This document shows, piece after piece, positions 43,474-55,700 of a DNA stretch of 64,000 bases (positions are counted from its first letter, which is position 1; each line of letters starts with the position of its first letter). Source of the stretch: Diplonema japonicum (lineage: Eukaryota > Protista > Euglenozoa: Diplonemea). The DNA lies in assembly GCA_964019335.1 (NCBI GenBank), contig OZ025763.1:62001-126000 (forward strand). Direction: 5' to 3'. Under the pieces are notes generated by a model. It ran no database searches. It worked only from the letters and a program-made list of their open reading frames with translations, and had not been told where the DNA came from. The position numbers and the translations under genes were made by a program.

Positions 43474-46400
43474 ATGCTTCTTGGACTGCTGCTTGTTTCC
43501 CTTGTCTGCCCAGCGTTATGTAAGACTTGGGCCGCGGACTTCGAGACGAACTGGGTTCTGAATGGTGACGAGGTCACCTTCACCTTTGTGTGCACCGTCG
43601 GGAAGTGGTGTGCACTCGGATTCGGGAGTTCCATGTCCGATGCCGATGTTGTTGTTTGCGACGCAACCACATGTCTTGACATGACGTCAAGCGGAAGGGC
43701 TAACCCTTCGAAGGACACCTCGCAAGACATCACAGGGGTGAGCAACACTGGCACAGCAGGTGGGAAGTACACAGTGCAGTGGACCAGGAAGTTGGTTACT
43801 ACAGATGCGACCGACAAAACAATCACCAAAGATGTACCTACCAATGTGATCTGGGCCTTTGGGCCTGGCACTATGGATGCTTCTGGTGGGATTTCCATGC
43901 ATACTGCCACCACTGATCGCAACAGTGATACCATCACCGTGGTAAGCCCTACTCCTGGAAGTGCTGCGAAGACTTGGGCTTCTGATTTCACAATGAACTG
44001 GGTTTTGAATGGTGACGAGGTCACCTTCACCTTTGTGTGCACAGTCGGGAAGTGGTGTGCACTTGGATTCGGGAGTTCCATGTCCGATGCCGATGTTGTT
44101 GTTTGCGACGCAACCACATGTCTTGACATGACGTCAAGCGGAAGGGCTAACCCTTCGAAGGACACCTCGCAAGACATCACAGGGGTGAGTAACACTGGCA
44201 CAGCTGGAGGGAAGTACACAGTGCAGTGGACCAGGAAGTTGGTTACTACAGATGCGACCGACAAGACAATCACCAAAGATGTACCTACCAATGTGATCTG
44301 GGCCTTTGGGTCTGGCACTATGGATGCTTCTGGTGGGATTTCCATGCATACTGCCACCACTGATCGCAACAGTGATACCATCACCGTGGTAGGCCCCACT
44401 GATGCTCCTGCTACATCTGCACCCGTTACCCCTACTCCTGGTAACGTAGCACCTGGGAAGACTTGGGCTTCTGACTTCACAATGAACTGGGTTTTGAATG
44501 GTGACGAGGTCACCTTCACCTTTGTGTGCACCGTCGGGAAGTGGTGTGCACTCGGATTCGGGAGTTCCATGTCCGATGCCGATGTTGTTGTTTGCGACGC
44601 AACCACATGTCTTGACATGACGTCAAGCGGAAGGGCTAACCCTTCGAAGGACACCTCGCAAGACATCACAGGGGTGAGCAACACTGGCACAGCTGGAGGG
44701 AAGTACACAGTGCAGTGGACCAGGAAGTTAGTTACGACAGATGCGACCGACAAGACAATCACCAAAGATGTACCTACCAATGTGATCTGGGCCTTTGGGC
44801 CTGGCACTATGGATGCTTCTGGTGGGATCTCCATGCATACTGCCACCACTGATCGCAACAGTGATACCATCACCGTGGTAGGCCCCACTGATGCTCCTGC
44901 TACATCTGCACCCGTTACTCCCGCTCCTGCAACATCTGCACCAGTTACCCCCGCTCCTGCTACATCTGCACCTGTTACCCCTACTCCTGGAAACGTAGCA
45001 CCTGGGAAGACTTGGGCTTCTGATTTTACAACGAACTGGGTTCTGAATGGTGACGAGGTCACCTTCACCTTTGTGTGCACAGTCGGGAAGTGGTGTGCAC
45101 TCGGATTCGGGAGTTCCATGTCCGATGCCGATGTTGTTGTTTGCGACGCAACCACATGTCTTGACATGACGTCAAGCGGAAGGGCTAACCCTTCGAAGGA
45201 CACCTCGCAAGACATCACAGGGGTGAGCAACACTGGCACAGCAGGTGGGAAGTACACAGTGCAGTGGACCAGGAAGTTAGTTACGACAGATGCGACCGAC
45301 AAGACAATCACCAAAGATGTACCTACCAATGTGATCTGGGCCTTTGGGCCTGGCACTATGGATGCTTCTGGTGGGATTTCCATGCATACTGCCACCACTG
45401 ATCGCGGTAATGATACCGTCACCGTGACTGATGCTCCTGCTACATCTGCACCTGTTACCCCTACTCCTGGAAGTGCAACATCTGGGAAGACTTGGGCTTC
45501 TGACTTCACAATGAACTGGGTTCTGAATGGTGACGAGGTCACCTTCACCTTTGTGTGCACAGTCGGGAAGTGGTGTGCACTTGGATTCGGGAGTTCCATG
45601 TCAGATGCCGATGTTGTTGTTTGTGATGCAACCACATGTCTTGACATGACGTCAGCAGGACTGACCATTCCTTCGAAGGACACCTCGCAAGACATCACAG
45701 GAGTGAGTAACACTGGCACAGCAGGTGGGAAGTACACAGTGCAGTGGACCAGGAAGTTGATTACGACAGATGCGACCGACAAGACAATCACCAAAGATGT
45801 ACCTACCAATGTGATCTGGGCATTTGGGCCTGGTGATATTCAAGCTTCTGGTGTGTTTTCAAAGCATAGTGCCACGGCCCATCGCAGCAATGATGTCATT
45901 ACTATATCTGATGCTCCTGCAACATCTGCACCAGTTACTCCAAACCCCGTGGCAACCACCCCCTCACCACCTGCAACATCTAGACAGACTTGGGCTTCTG
46001 ACTTCACAATGAACTGGGTTTTGAATGGTGACGAGGTCACCTTCACCTTTGTGTGCACAGTCGGGAAGTGGTGTGCACTTGGATTCGGGAGTTCCATGTC
46101 CGATGCCGATGTTGTTGTTTGCGACGCAACCACATGTCTTGACATGACGTCAAGCGGAAGGGCTAACCCTTCGAAGGACACCTCGCAAGACATCACAGGG
46201 GTGAGCAACACTGGCACAGCAGGTGGGAAGTACACAGTGCAGTGGACCAGGAAGTTAGTTACGACAGATGCGACCGACAAGACAATCACCAAAGATGTAC
46301 CTACCAATGTGATCTGGGCATTTGGGCCTGGTGATATTCAAGCGTCTAGCCAGTTTTCTGTGCATGCTGCCACCACTGATCGCGGCAGCAATACGATTAT

Positions 46401-48309
46401 CGTTTCACTCTCCGCAACAACAGACGCTCCTGCAACAGTTGCCCCTGCGCCTGTGCCGGCAGACGACAACACGTACGTCTTCAACAGCAACTTCAAGATG
46501 GGATGGGGTGTGAGCGCATCGTCAACGGAAGTCACAGTGTGGTGGGATTGCCCAGAGGACCAGTGGTGCTCAATCGGCTTCGGCTCAAAAATGAGCAATG
46601 CGGACACTGTACTATGCTACGCCGGTGGATGCGAGGACGGGCACGTATCTGGGTACTCAGCGCCATCAAAGGACCAGCAGCAAGATATCACCAACGTATC
46701 TATCACAACTACCAACAAGATAATGAGAGTGAGCTGGAATAGAAACCTGAACACAGGTGATCCCAAGGACGCTATCATCAGCAACACCGGTGCCACGTCT
46801 GTTATTTGGGGCATCGGGGGTATGAGCGGCACAGCACCTAAAGAGCATTCGAGCCGAGGCGTGGCGTCCATCAACTTCATGACAGGCGCAGCAGCTGCAA
46901 CGGATACAGACGACGACGGCATCGTGGTTTTGAAGGTGCTTGCCATCGTCCCGCTTCTCATGCTACTCGGCGGTGCTTACCTGCTGAGGCCGCGTCTTCT
47001 GAGCAGCCCTACCTCCGCAGCGGGTAGGATGCTCTTCAAGACACCTGTGGGCGTGGTGATTTCAATGCTGATGGTCGCTGCTTCAATGTTGCTTGTGTTC
47101 TTCGGAAACTATAAAAGCGAGGCGTGGTACTTCGCGTTCGGCTACGTGGCAGCTGCGCTCATGGGGATAATCCTCGTACTGCCCTCGGGGAACGTGTCGG
47201 TTGTGTGGCTGGCGATGAAAATCCCGCATGAAAGGATCATCATGTACCATAGGTGGCTCGGGATGTGCCTTCCAGTGGCGATGGCGATCCACGGGTTAGG
47301 ATACCTCGTGAAGCTCGAGTGGGACGCAACGCTCTTCAAATTCGACGAATTCAAAGATGTGTCACCCCTTGCAGGCGTGCTCGCGCTTGGTTCCTGTGTT
47401 CTACTGGTTATCCTGGCAAACCCCATCATCAGAAGAAGGCTCTACGGCGTGTTCCTGTTGACACACTGGCTGTTCATGGCCCTCACCGTTATATTCAGTT
47501 GTATACACTCAATGCATGTTCTGCTGTTTTTAATACCCGGTTTGATCAGCCTCGCAGCAAGAGGCATCTTATCCGAGAAGCGAGGCTGGGCACGCGTCCT
47601 TGCAAGGCAAGTCGCACCGGACTTCTCCTACATGAAGCTTAAGCTTCAGACTGACGTGCACAACTACGGCCCGGGTTCGTACGTTTTCCTGCGTGCTGCG
47701 AACGATAAGCTTGCTTCGCACCCTTTCTCCATTGTGAAGGTATCCCCCGACGCCCTTGTACTGTGCATGAAGAACATGGGCCCCGGCACTTCAACTGACA
47801 AAATCATCAGATCTGGTGCCTCGCATTTCCGTGTCAGCGAGCCGCTCGGGAACCCAAGCATCGACCTGAACGCCTACGATAATATTATTCTCGTGGGTGG
47901 TGGTGTGGGCATCACTCCGCTCATTGGGTGTTTGAACAACATGGCCTATGCACGTCCTAACACAACGTTCCACCTGGCATGGAGTATCAGGGACTTGTGT
48001 CTTGTGGGGATGCTGTCTGAGGAGATCACAGAGCTGTCTGGGTTGGGGAATGTTACGTTAACGATATACTACACTGGGAAGGAGGAGACGGCGAGGGAGA
48101 TGAGGGCGTTTCCGCTTAACGTGCAGCTGGAGTATGCCAGGCCTAATATGGCTGCGGTCTTGTCGGGGTCGCAAGCTATGGCCGGCGGCGGACCCTCGGG
48201 TCCAACTGCAGTTTTTGTGTGCGGCCCGAAAGGTTTGGTTGATTCCGTCACCACCGCAGCGTCTAGCCGTCCTTTCCTCACGCTACATGTCGAGACGTTT
48301 GAGTTGTAG
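43474..48309 (+). CDS. Signal peptide + 7 DOMON domains fused to a ferric reductase/NOX-family module (TM heme, FAD- and NAD(P)H-binding)
   Basis: Six near-identical DOMON units at about 43522, 43969, 44458, 45007, 45487 and 45985, plus a divergent seventh at about 46470. Reductase motifs YHRWLG, IHGLGY, LTHWL, CIHS, HPFSI, VGGGVGITP, VCGP, HVETF. Confidence 0.9.
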   Translation: MLLGLLLVSLVCPALCKTWAADFETNWVLNGDEVTFTFVCTVGKWCALGFGSSMSDADVVVCDATTCLDMTSSGRANPSKDTSQDITGVSNTGTAGGKYTVQWTRKLVTTDATDKTITKDVPTNVIWAFGPGTMDASGGISMHTATTDRNSDTITVVSPTPGSAAKTWASDFTMNWVLNGDEVTFTFVCTVGKWCALGFGSSMSDADVVVCDATTCLDMTSSGRANPSKDTSQDITGVSNTGTAGGKYTVQWTRKLVTTDATDKTITKDVPTNVIWAFGSGTMDASGGISMHTATTDRNSDTITVVGPTDAPATSAPVTPTPGNVAPGKTWASDFTMNWVLNGDEVTFTFVCTVGKWCALGFGSSMSDADVVVCDATTCLDMTSSGRANPSKDTSQDITGVSNTGTAGGKYTVQWTRKLVTTDATDKTITKDVPTNVIWAFGPGTMDASGGISMHTATTDRNSDTITVVGPTDAPATSAPVTPAPATSAPVTPAPATSAPVTPTPGNVAPGKTWASDFTTNWVLNGDEVTFTFVCTVGKWCALGFGSSMSDADVVVCDATTCLDMTSSGRANPSKDTSQDITGVSNTGTAGGKYTVQWTRKLVTTDATDKTITKDVPTNVIWAFGPGTMDASGGISMHTATTDRGNDTVTVTDAPATSAPVTPTPGSATSGKTWASDFTMNWVLNGDEVTFTFVCTVGKWCALGFGSSMSDADVVVCDATTCLDMTSAGLTIPSKDTSQDITGVSNTGTAGGKYTVQWTRKLITTDATDKTITKDVPTNVIWAFGPGDIQASGVFSKHSATAHRSNDVITISDAPATSAPVTPNPVATTPSPPATSRQTWASDFTMNWVLNGDEVTFTFVCTVGKWCALGFGSSMSDADVVVCDATTCLDMTSSGRANPSKDTSQDITGVSNTGTAGGKYTVQWTRKLVTTDATDKTITKDVPTNVIWAFGPGDIQASSQFSVHAATTDRGSNTIIVSLSATTDAPATVAPAPVPADDNTYVFNSNFKMGWGVSASSTEVTVWWDCPEDQWCSIGFGSKMSNADTVLCYAGGCEDGHVSGYSAPSKDQQQDITNVSITTTNKIMRVSWNRNLNTGDPKDAIISNTGATSVIWGIGGMSGTAPKEHSSRGVASINFMTGAAAATDTDDDGIVVLKVLAIVPLLMLLGGAYLLRPRLLSSPTSAAGRMLFKTPVGVVISMLMVAASMLLVFFGNYKSEAWYFAFGYVAAALMGIILVLPSGNVSVVWLAMKIPHERIIMYHRWLGMCLPVAMAIHGLGYLVKLEWDATLFKFDEFKDVSPLAGVLALGSCVLLVILANPIIRRRLYGVFLLTHWLFMALTVIFSCIHSMHVLLFLIPGLISLAARGILSEKRGWARVLARQVAPDFSYMKLKLQTDVHNYGPGSYVFLRAANDKLASHPFSIVKVSPDALVLCMKNMGPGTSTDKIIRSGASHFRVSEPLGNPSIDLNAYDNIILVGGGVGITPLIGCLNNMAYARPNTTFHLAWSIRDLCLVGMLSEEITELSGLGNVTLTIYYTGKEETAREMRAFPLNVQLEYARPNMAAVLSGSQAMAGGGPSGPTAVFVCGPKGLVDSVTTAASSRPFLTLHVETFEL

Positions 48310-48525
48310 CTGTGCGTTGCCCCTCTTTTTTTTTTTCCCCCTCTTGCCTTCTTTTTTTTTTTTTTTTATTCGCCGTTTACGGAAGTTTTTTTATAAAAAA
48401 AAAAGTTTTTTTTTTTTATATATTTACTGTGGGAACAAAAAGAAAAAAATTGCACGAACGGACAAAAATCTCGCACAACGAACGTATGTCCGTTTGGCAT
48501 TAGAAAATCGTTTTACGAGGGAAGG

Positions 48526-48568
<43 letters not shown>

Positions 48569-48869
48569 CGAATTGGACAAGTTCCCTTGCGCGAACCTTC
48601 GTCGGTTCGGCTTTTTTTTTTTTTTTTGTTCCACAGCAAATAATATGTCATAAAAAAAATATATATAAAAAAGCTTCTATACAACACCGTCGAAGTCTCT
48701 CTGTTAACGAGTCTTTGACTTGTCTAAACAAAAAGGGGCAAGTTGACAACGTGTTTAGGGTTTACAAACTTCTCCAGGTTTTACCCAGCACAACGTGCAA
48801 GTAATTCGACTGGTTTTCTTTTTCTTTCTTTTTCTTTCTTTTTTTGCTTGAATAAAAAAAAAGGGAAAG

Positions 48870-48909
<40 letters not shown>

Positions 48910-49271
48910 AATATATTTGTTTGTGTGTATGAAATTGTTGGGATATTTTTCCCTTCTACAGGTTAATCCCCGGCTGTGCACAAACAAGATTCCTTTCTTC
49001 CCTGCAATTAAGTATTCGTTTCGGTCAAATGAAAAGTGTTCTTGCAAGGAAAGTTTTATATATTCTATAAAAAGTAATCCATAAAGTCACTTATTTGGCG
49101 TTGCAGTGGCTCATACCTTCCTATCCCTCCCCTCCCCCCTTTTTTTTTTGAAGTCATATTTCCGCAAAAAAAAAAAAAAAAAAAAAAAAAAAGAATCAGA
49201 CACATTTTGTGGGTGTAGTTTCTTTCACCTCATTTCTTTTCTTTTAGTTTTTTTTTTCTTCTTTTTTTTTA

Positions 49272-49305
49272 AGGGCGCCGCCAACACCGGCCTCCTTTAA
49301 CTCAT
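49272..49305 (-). repeat. Solo copy of the 35-bp terminal repeat of the 11242-11546 element
   Basis: Identical agggcgccgccaacaccggcctcctttaactcat, between poly(T) and atat. Confidence 0.9.
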
Positions 49306-50104
49306 ATATTTTTTTTCTTTCTTTCATGTGTGTCGATGGAAATATGCGATGATACAGTTTTCTTTTCTTTTTTTTTCAAAGGCGGCCCTCCATGAGGGGG
49401 TTTGTCCTGCACTTTGAGTTTTTTTTTTTGTTTTGTTTATTATTCATTTATTTGTTTTTACGTTTTTTTTATTTAGGTTTCTGATTGCCTTCTTGTTCCG
49501 AGCCAAGCGCCTAGAAGCAATCGGCCCCTGTAGTCGTAGCAGAATCTTTTGAAAAGAAAGTCTTTTTTTTGGTTCCCCTACCTATTTTAATCTTAAGAAT
49601 TTTTTTTTCTCGCTTTTTAACAGAGTAGCAATGAGTTAGCCAACTTTTTTTTCTTTTTTTTTTCCCCATTCTTTTTTTAAAAAAAAAAAAAACTTCTTCC
49701 CGCACGTTGTGACCAAAATTGCACAATACAATAGCCGCCCCCCAGGCAATTATGAAATCTTAACCCGTTTCTTTTTTTTTTTTTTTTTATTTTTTTTTTT
49801 AATGAAAATACCTTGGCTGCCCGCTTAATTTTGTGTGGCAGCAACTCTGATCGAAAGGGGTGTATAAGAAAAAAAGAAAGAAAACGTTCTCCCCCCCCCT
49901 TTTTTTTCTTTTTTTTGGTCCAGACCATAGAGTGGGTGTTTTCAAAATGGAGTTGCCGTCAAATAATGCATAGTAGCCTGATGAGAATGGGTTTTCCACC
50001 ACAAAATATGCATTTTCAAACACCACTCCGGCATTACAGGCCATAACAGTGACGCTGTCGTTGCCTTGTGTACATCCGAGGTAAAGTTGTTTTCCTTTCT
50101 CTCT

Positions 50105-50137
<33 letters not shown>

Positions 50138-50564
50138 GCTCTCTCGTTGTAACTCATTCTTACTCGTTTTTATTATTACTATAAGTCTTCTCACTACATG
50201 CCCTTCCCATTGGAAGAAAAAGAATAAAAAAAAAAAGATTGGTGGGAAATGTATGTATTGGTTTTCTTTTCAAATAGTTTTCCGTGAATCTCTACTATAT
50301 CTTTTTTTTTGTCTTTCATTCACATCTCATCACCATTACCACTCAGGCAACACAAGATGCATCGCCCGTTGATGATGCTCTCACTAACGGCGTCAATGCA
50401 AATATTGTTCAAGGACCAAAATATCCAGACAGCTTGTGACCTTAGTGCCTAGCAAGTTGTAATTAAATTGGAACTTAAATACAGCTTGAATCTGTACGCG
50501 TGGGCCGACTGGTGCTACAGAGCTCCCTCCCAACTGCACTGCAACGGGAAAGTGATTCATATAC

Positions 50565-50675
50565 ACGCCCTTCGGCACAGACGCTGAGACACATCGTTGT
50601 GTGGAAAACCCACAGAAAGCAATGATTACAAAGGAAGGGAAGTAGCATGCCGATCGGAAGGTGTTACTCAAGGAA
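50565..50675 (+). mobile_element. Highly decayed fragment related to the 21275-22082 LINE remnant
   Basis: gacgctgagacacatc..gtgga.aaccca..aaagcaat and gaagtagcatgcc.atc.gaagg match 21718-21856. Confidence 0.65.
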
Positions 50676-51088
50676 CAAAAAGCGCATCTGGCCCTCACAG
50701 ACAAAGGGGAGAGAGGTCAAAGGAAGTGCGTCATCATAAGCGTTTCAACAAAATATCAGTAAGGCAGTTGTTAAATTACTGCCATTGATTAAGTGACAGG
50801 TTTTCTTAACATGAATCTGTCACTTGAAGGTTCTACCATACCATGTCTTCACTGGGGTACACGAATACACGCTACTGGAAAATATATAACTTATGAGATG
50901 CAAGCAACAAAAAAGGAAGTTCATAGGATAGTCTAATTAAACAGTTCATGTTTTACTCTTTTTTTTCTTTCTTTTTTTTTTTTTTTTGCTTTTTTTTATC
51001 TCCTGTGGAACGCCCGCAAAAGAAAAAGAAAAAAAGAAACACACATAACCCTTTCTCACAGACCCCCTTTTATTCTTCAGCACCTTAA

Positions 51089-52480
<1,392 letters not shown>

Positions 52481-52770
52481 GTGGAGTGATCTTTTCGTTT
52501 TTCACTTTTTATTTGTCCCCTTTTCCCCAATTTTCCCTTTGTTTATGCCCACTTTTCTTTTTTCTCTTTTTTTACCCCTCTTCCCTCCGCATCAGAAGCA
52601 CACACCCAAAGCGGCGACGGTGGTTCGGCTCATCGTTGTAAGTGCATGCCAGACGCGGGGGATAGAGGCAACCACCCAACCCAACCACTCCTCTTTTTCC
52701 CCCCCTATTTGCATTTCTTTTTTGTAAACGATTTTCGACACATAAAAAATAACACACGTATAGGGTTGAA

Positions 52771-55700
52771 ATGACCTCGGGACCATCAACAGCACCGTAT
52801 GGGGATGATAAACCAGTCGCGATCGAGCTTCTTGAGGAGAAGCACAAGATGGCGATAGAGGAACATGGATGGTGGTCGCAGGTGACGCTTTCCTTTGTGC
52901 AGCCGCTACTGAAGCTGGCACGCACCGGTGGGCTCAACGTAAACACGGTGGACGACCTCCCTGCTGACCAGCGGACTGAAGTTCAGAACGAGAAGTTCCA
53001 AGCCCTGTGGGGGAAGGAATTGCAGAAGATCAACGTAGACACATTCCACCGCACGCTCAAAGAAGTGACGAAGGCGGACAGCAAGAAGCAGCTCTTCAAG
53101 TCCCTCGACGTGTGGGACGGGATTAAAAAGAAGATCGACGACGGTGCCTTCACCAGCCACAGGGACCTGCAGTCCTTCCAAAACCAGGTGAAGAATATCA
53201 TCAATACAAACTACAAGGCAGCCGCACCAGACTGTCAACGATGCGCCAAAAAAATGTGCCCGCTTCCCGACGGTGTTCCCGAAGTCCCCGGGATGCCAGC
53301 TGTGGCCCCAGCTCATAAGGACATGGCCTTTCTGATGGGGCAGCTGAACTATGCCATTCAACAAGGACAGCCTCGTCTCACGCCTGTCTTGTATCAAGCT
53401 TATAAAAGTGACTTCTGGGCAGGGGCTTTGTGGGGTTTGGGGCAGAGCATCCCGCCGTTTGTTCCGATCCTGCTGTTCCCCCGTCTTATCGATGCGCTCA
53501 TTGAGATCCCCTCTCCGGGGACGCAGAACGGTGCCCCCGCAGTCCTTCTCGACACTGAAGACCCTACGTACCTTGTGTTTATCTACGCTGCCGTTATTTT
53601 CGTCGCTATTTCGTTCATGGCGTTTGCTATGACACGCACCTTTGTGACGTCGGCACGGTTGGGTGTGAAGCTCCGTGCGTGTCTTGCTGCGGCCATCACG
53701 AAGAAGTCGCTTGAGATTTCGCAGTCGGGGTGGCTGTCCTCGGGAGGGCACTCGAAGATCTTCACCCTCCTCCACGCCGACACGGAGCGCATTTTCCAAC
53801 AGTGCGCCAACCTCCTCGGGCTTGCCTTTTACATCCCGACGCAAGCAGTGCTGGCAATAGCCTACCTGTTCTACATCATGTCATGGCCCACGGTTGGCGG
53901 TGTTGTCGTCATGTGCATTAGCATGCCGTACAACTACACCATTGCCCAGAGCTTCATCAAGCTGTTCGTGGAACGTATGTTAAAGGCCGACGGGCGTACG
54001 AAGAAGGTGCATGAGATGATCGAGAACATCCGCGGGGTGAAATTCTACCAGTGGGAGAAGGAGTACACAGATGAGATCATGTCCGTCAGAAAGACCGAGG
54101 TGTCGATCATCAAGGTGCTGCTCAAGAAGATCGCAACGCTGATGTCCAGTACCCAACTCGCCCCCTTTCTGTTCCACACAGTGATCCTCATCATCTACGC
54201 TCTGTGGGACGAGGAAGGCCTCGACTCCGAGAAGGTGTACCAATCTCTGTCTCTTACTTACGTCCTGCGTGGCAGCTTCATGACAATGCCCTTCATCTAC
54301 GCTGGTTATGTACAAGCACTCATCGGATTGCTTCGCATCCAGGACTTCCTTGTAAGGGACGAGACGGAGAAGCTTCCCACGACAGATCGTAACGAAATGA
54401 TCCGGGTGGAGAATGGGAGGTTCGCGTGGGAAGAGGGTGGGACTCCATGCCTCACGAACATCAACCTGGAAGTGAAGAAAGGAGAGCTCGTGATGGTGGT
54501 GGGGAAGGTCGGGTCCGGGAAGTCGTCCCTCACCTCGAGCATGCTGGGGGAGATCACTGAGGCACAGGGCACAACACACATTGGGGGAAGCATCGCTTAC
54601 TGCCCGCAGGTCCCGTGGATCATCAGCGGAACGATCCGTGCGAACATCGAGTGGGGGCGAAGGGGGGTCGCCTCAGACAGCTTGAATGACTACCACAAGT
54701 GCGTGCGGAGCGTAGCCATGGTGCAGGACCTGCAGGTGCAGCTAAAAGACGGTGACGCAACGGTGATCGGTGAGAAGGGCATCAACATCAGTGGTGGACA
54801 AAAGGCACGTGTGGCGTTGGCACGTGCGCTGTACAGCAACGCAGACATCTACATTATGGACGACGTCTTGTCAGCAGTGGACGCACACGTCGGGAAGCAC
54901 ATTTTCCACAACGCCATCGAGAAGCAGCTTGCGGGAAAGACACGTCTCTTGATCACAAACCAGCTTCAGTTTCTGCAGCACGCTGACCGCGTGTTGTCCC
55001 TGGAACCGCAGAAGGACGGCTCCTTCACACTAGTGGAGGTGGACCCGGAAGCACCTGTAGCAGGCTCCACCTTCGAGCAGCTCATGGTGGAGTTTCACAG
55101 ACAACAGAACAAAGCAGAAGAGACACGACAGGAGGAGCTAGAGAAAGCTGTCAGCGCGGTCTCAGAGGTGTCCACCGTTGACTCCGAGGTCTTAAGGAAA
55201 GTGTTCAAGACGGAGGAGTACAAGGGTCAGGCCCTGACTGTACAAGAACACATAGAAGAAGGAAACGTCACGTGGGAGACCTACCGTGCATACTACAAGC
55301 ACTTCGGAGGGGTATTGTGGTGGGGCCTCATCATCCTAGGACATGTCTTCTTCAACGCGTGCGACAAGATGTCGCAGATCTGGATCGGGTGGTACGCCGA
55401 CGAGGGCCGCGAGCAGTCCGCAGCCTTTTACAAGGGCCATATCATCGAGGACCTGCACACGGCAACTTGGTTTGGGATTTACCTTGGGATCATCGCTGCG
55501 GGCTGCATCGTCCTTGCAGTGCGGGAATTCAGTTTTGCAACCGGGGCAGCGCGTCCCTGCCACAGCTTGTACAAGGAGGAACTTGGTGCGGTGCTCGCCT
55601 CGTCCACACAGTTCTTCGACACAACGCCTGTAGGGCGCATCCTGACACGTTTTGTAAACGACTGGGAGGCTGTTGACTTCCAGGTGCCGCTGTACACGAG

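Noticed and set aside
43422-45809. 795-aa minus-strand repetitive ORF
   Set aside because: Antisense shadow of the DOMON repeats; a stop-free frame is simply repeated.
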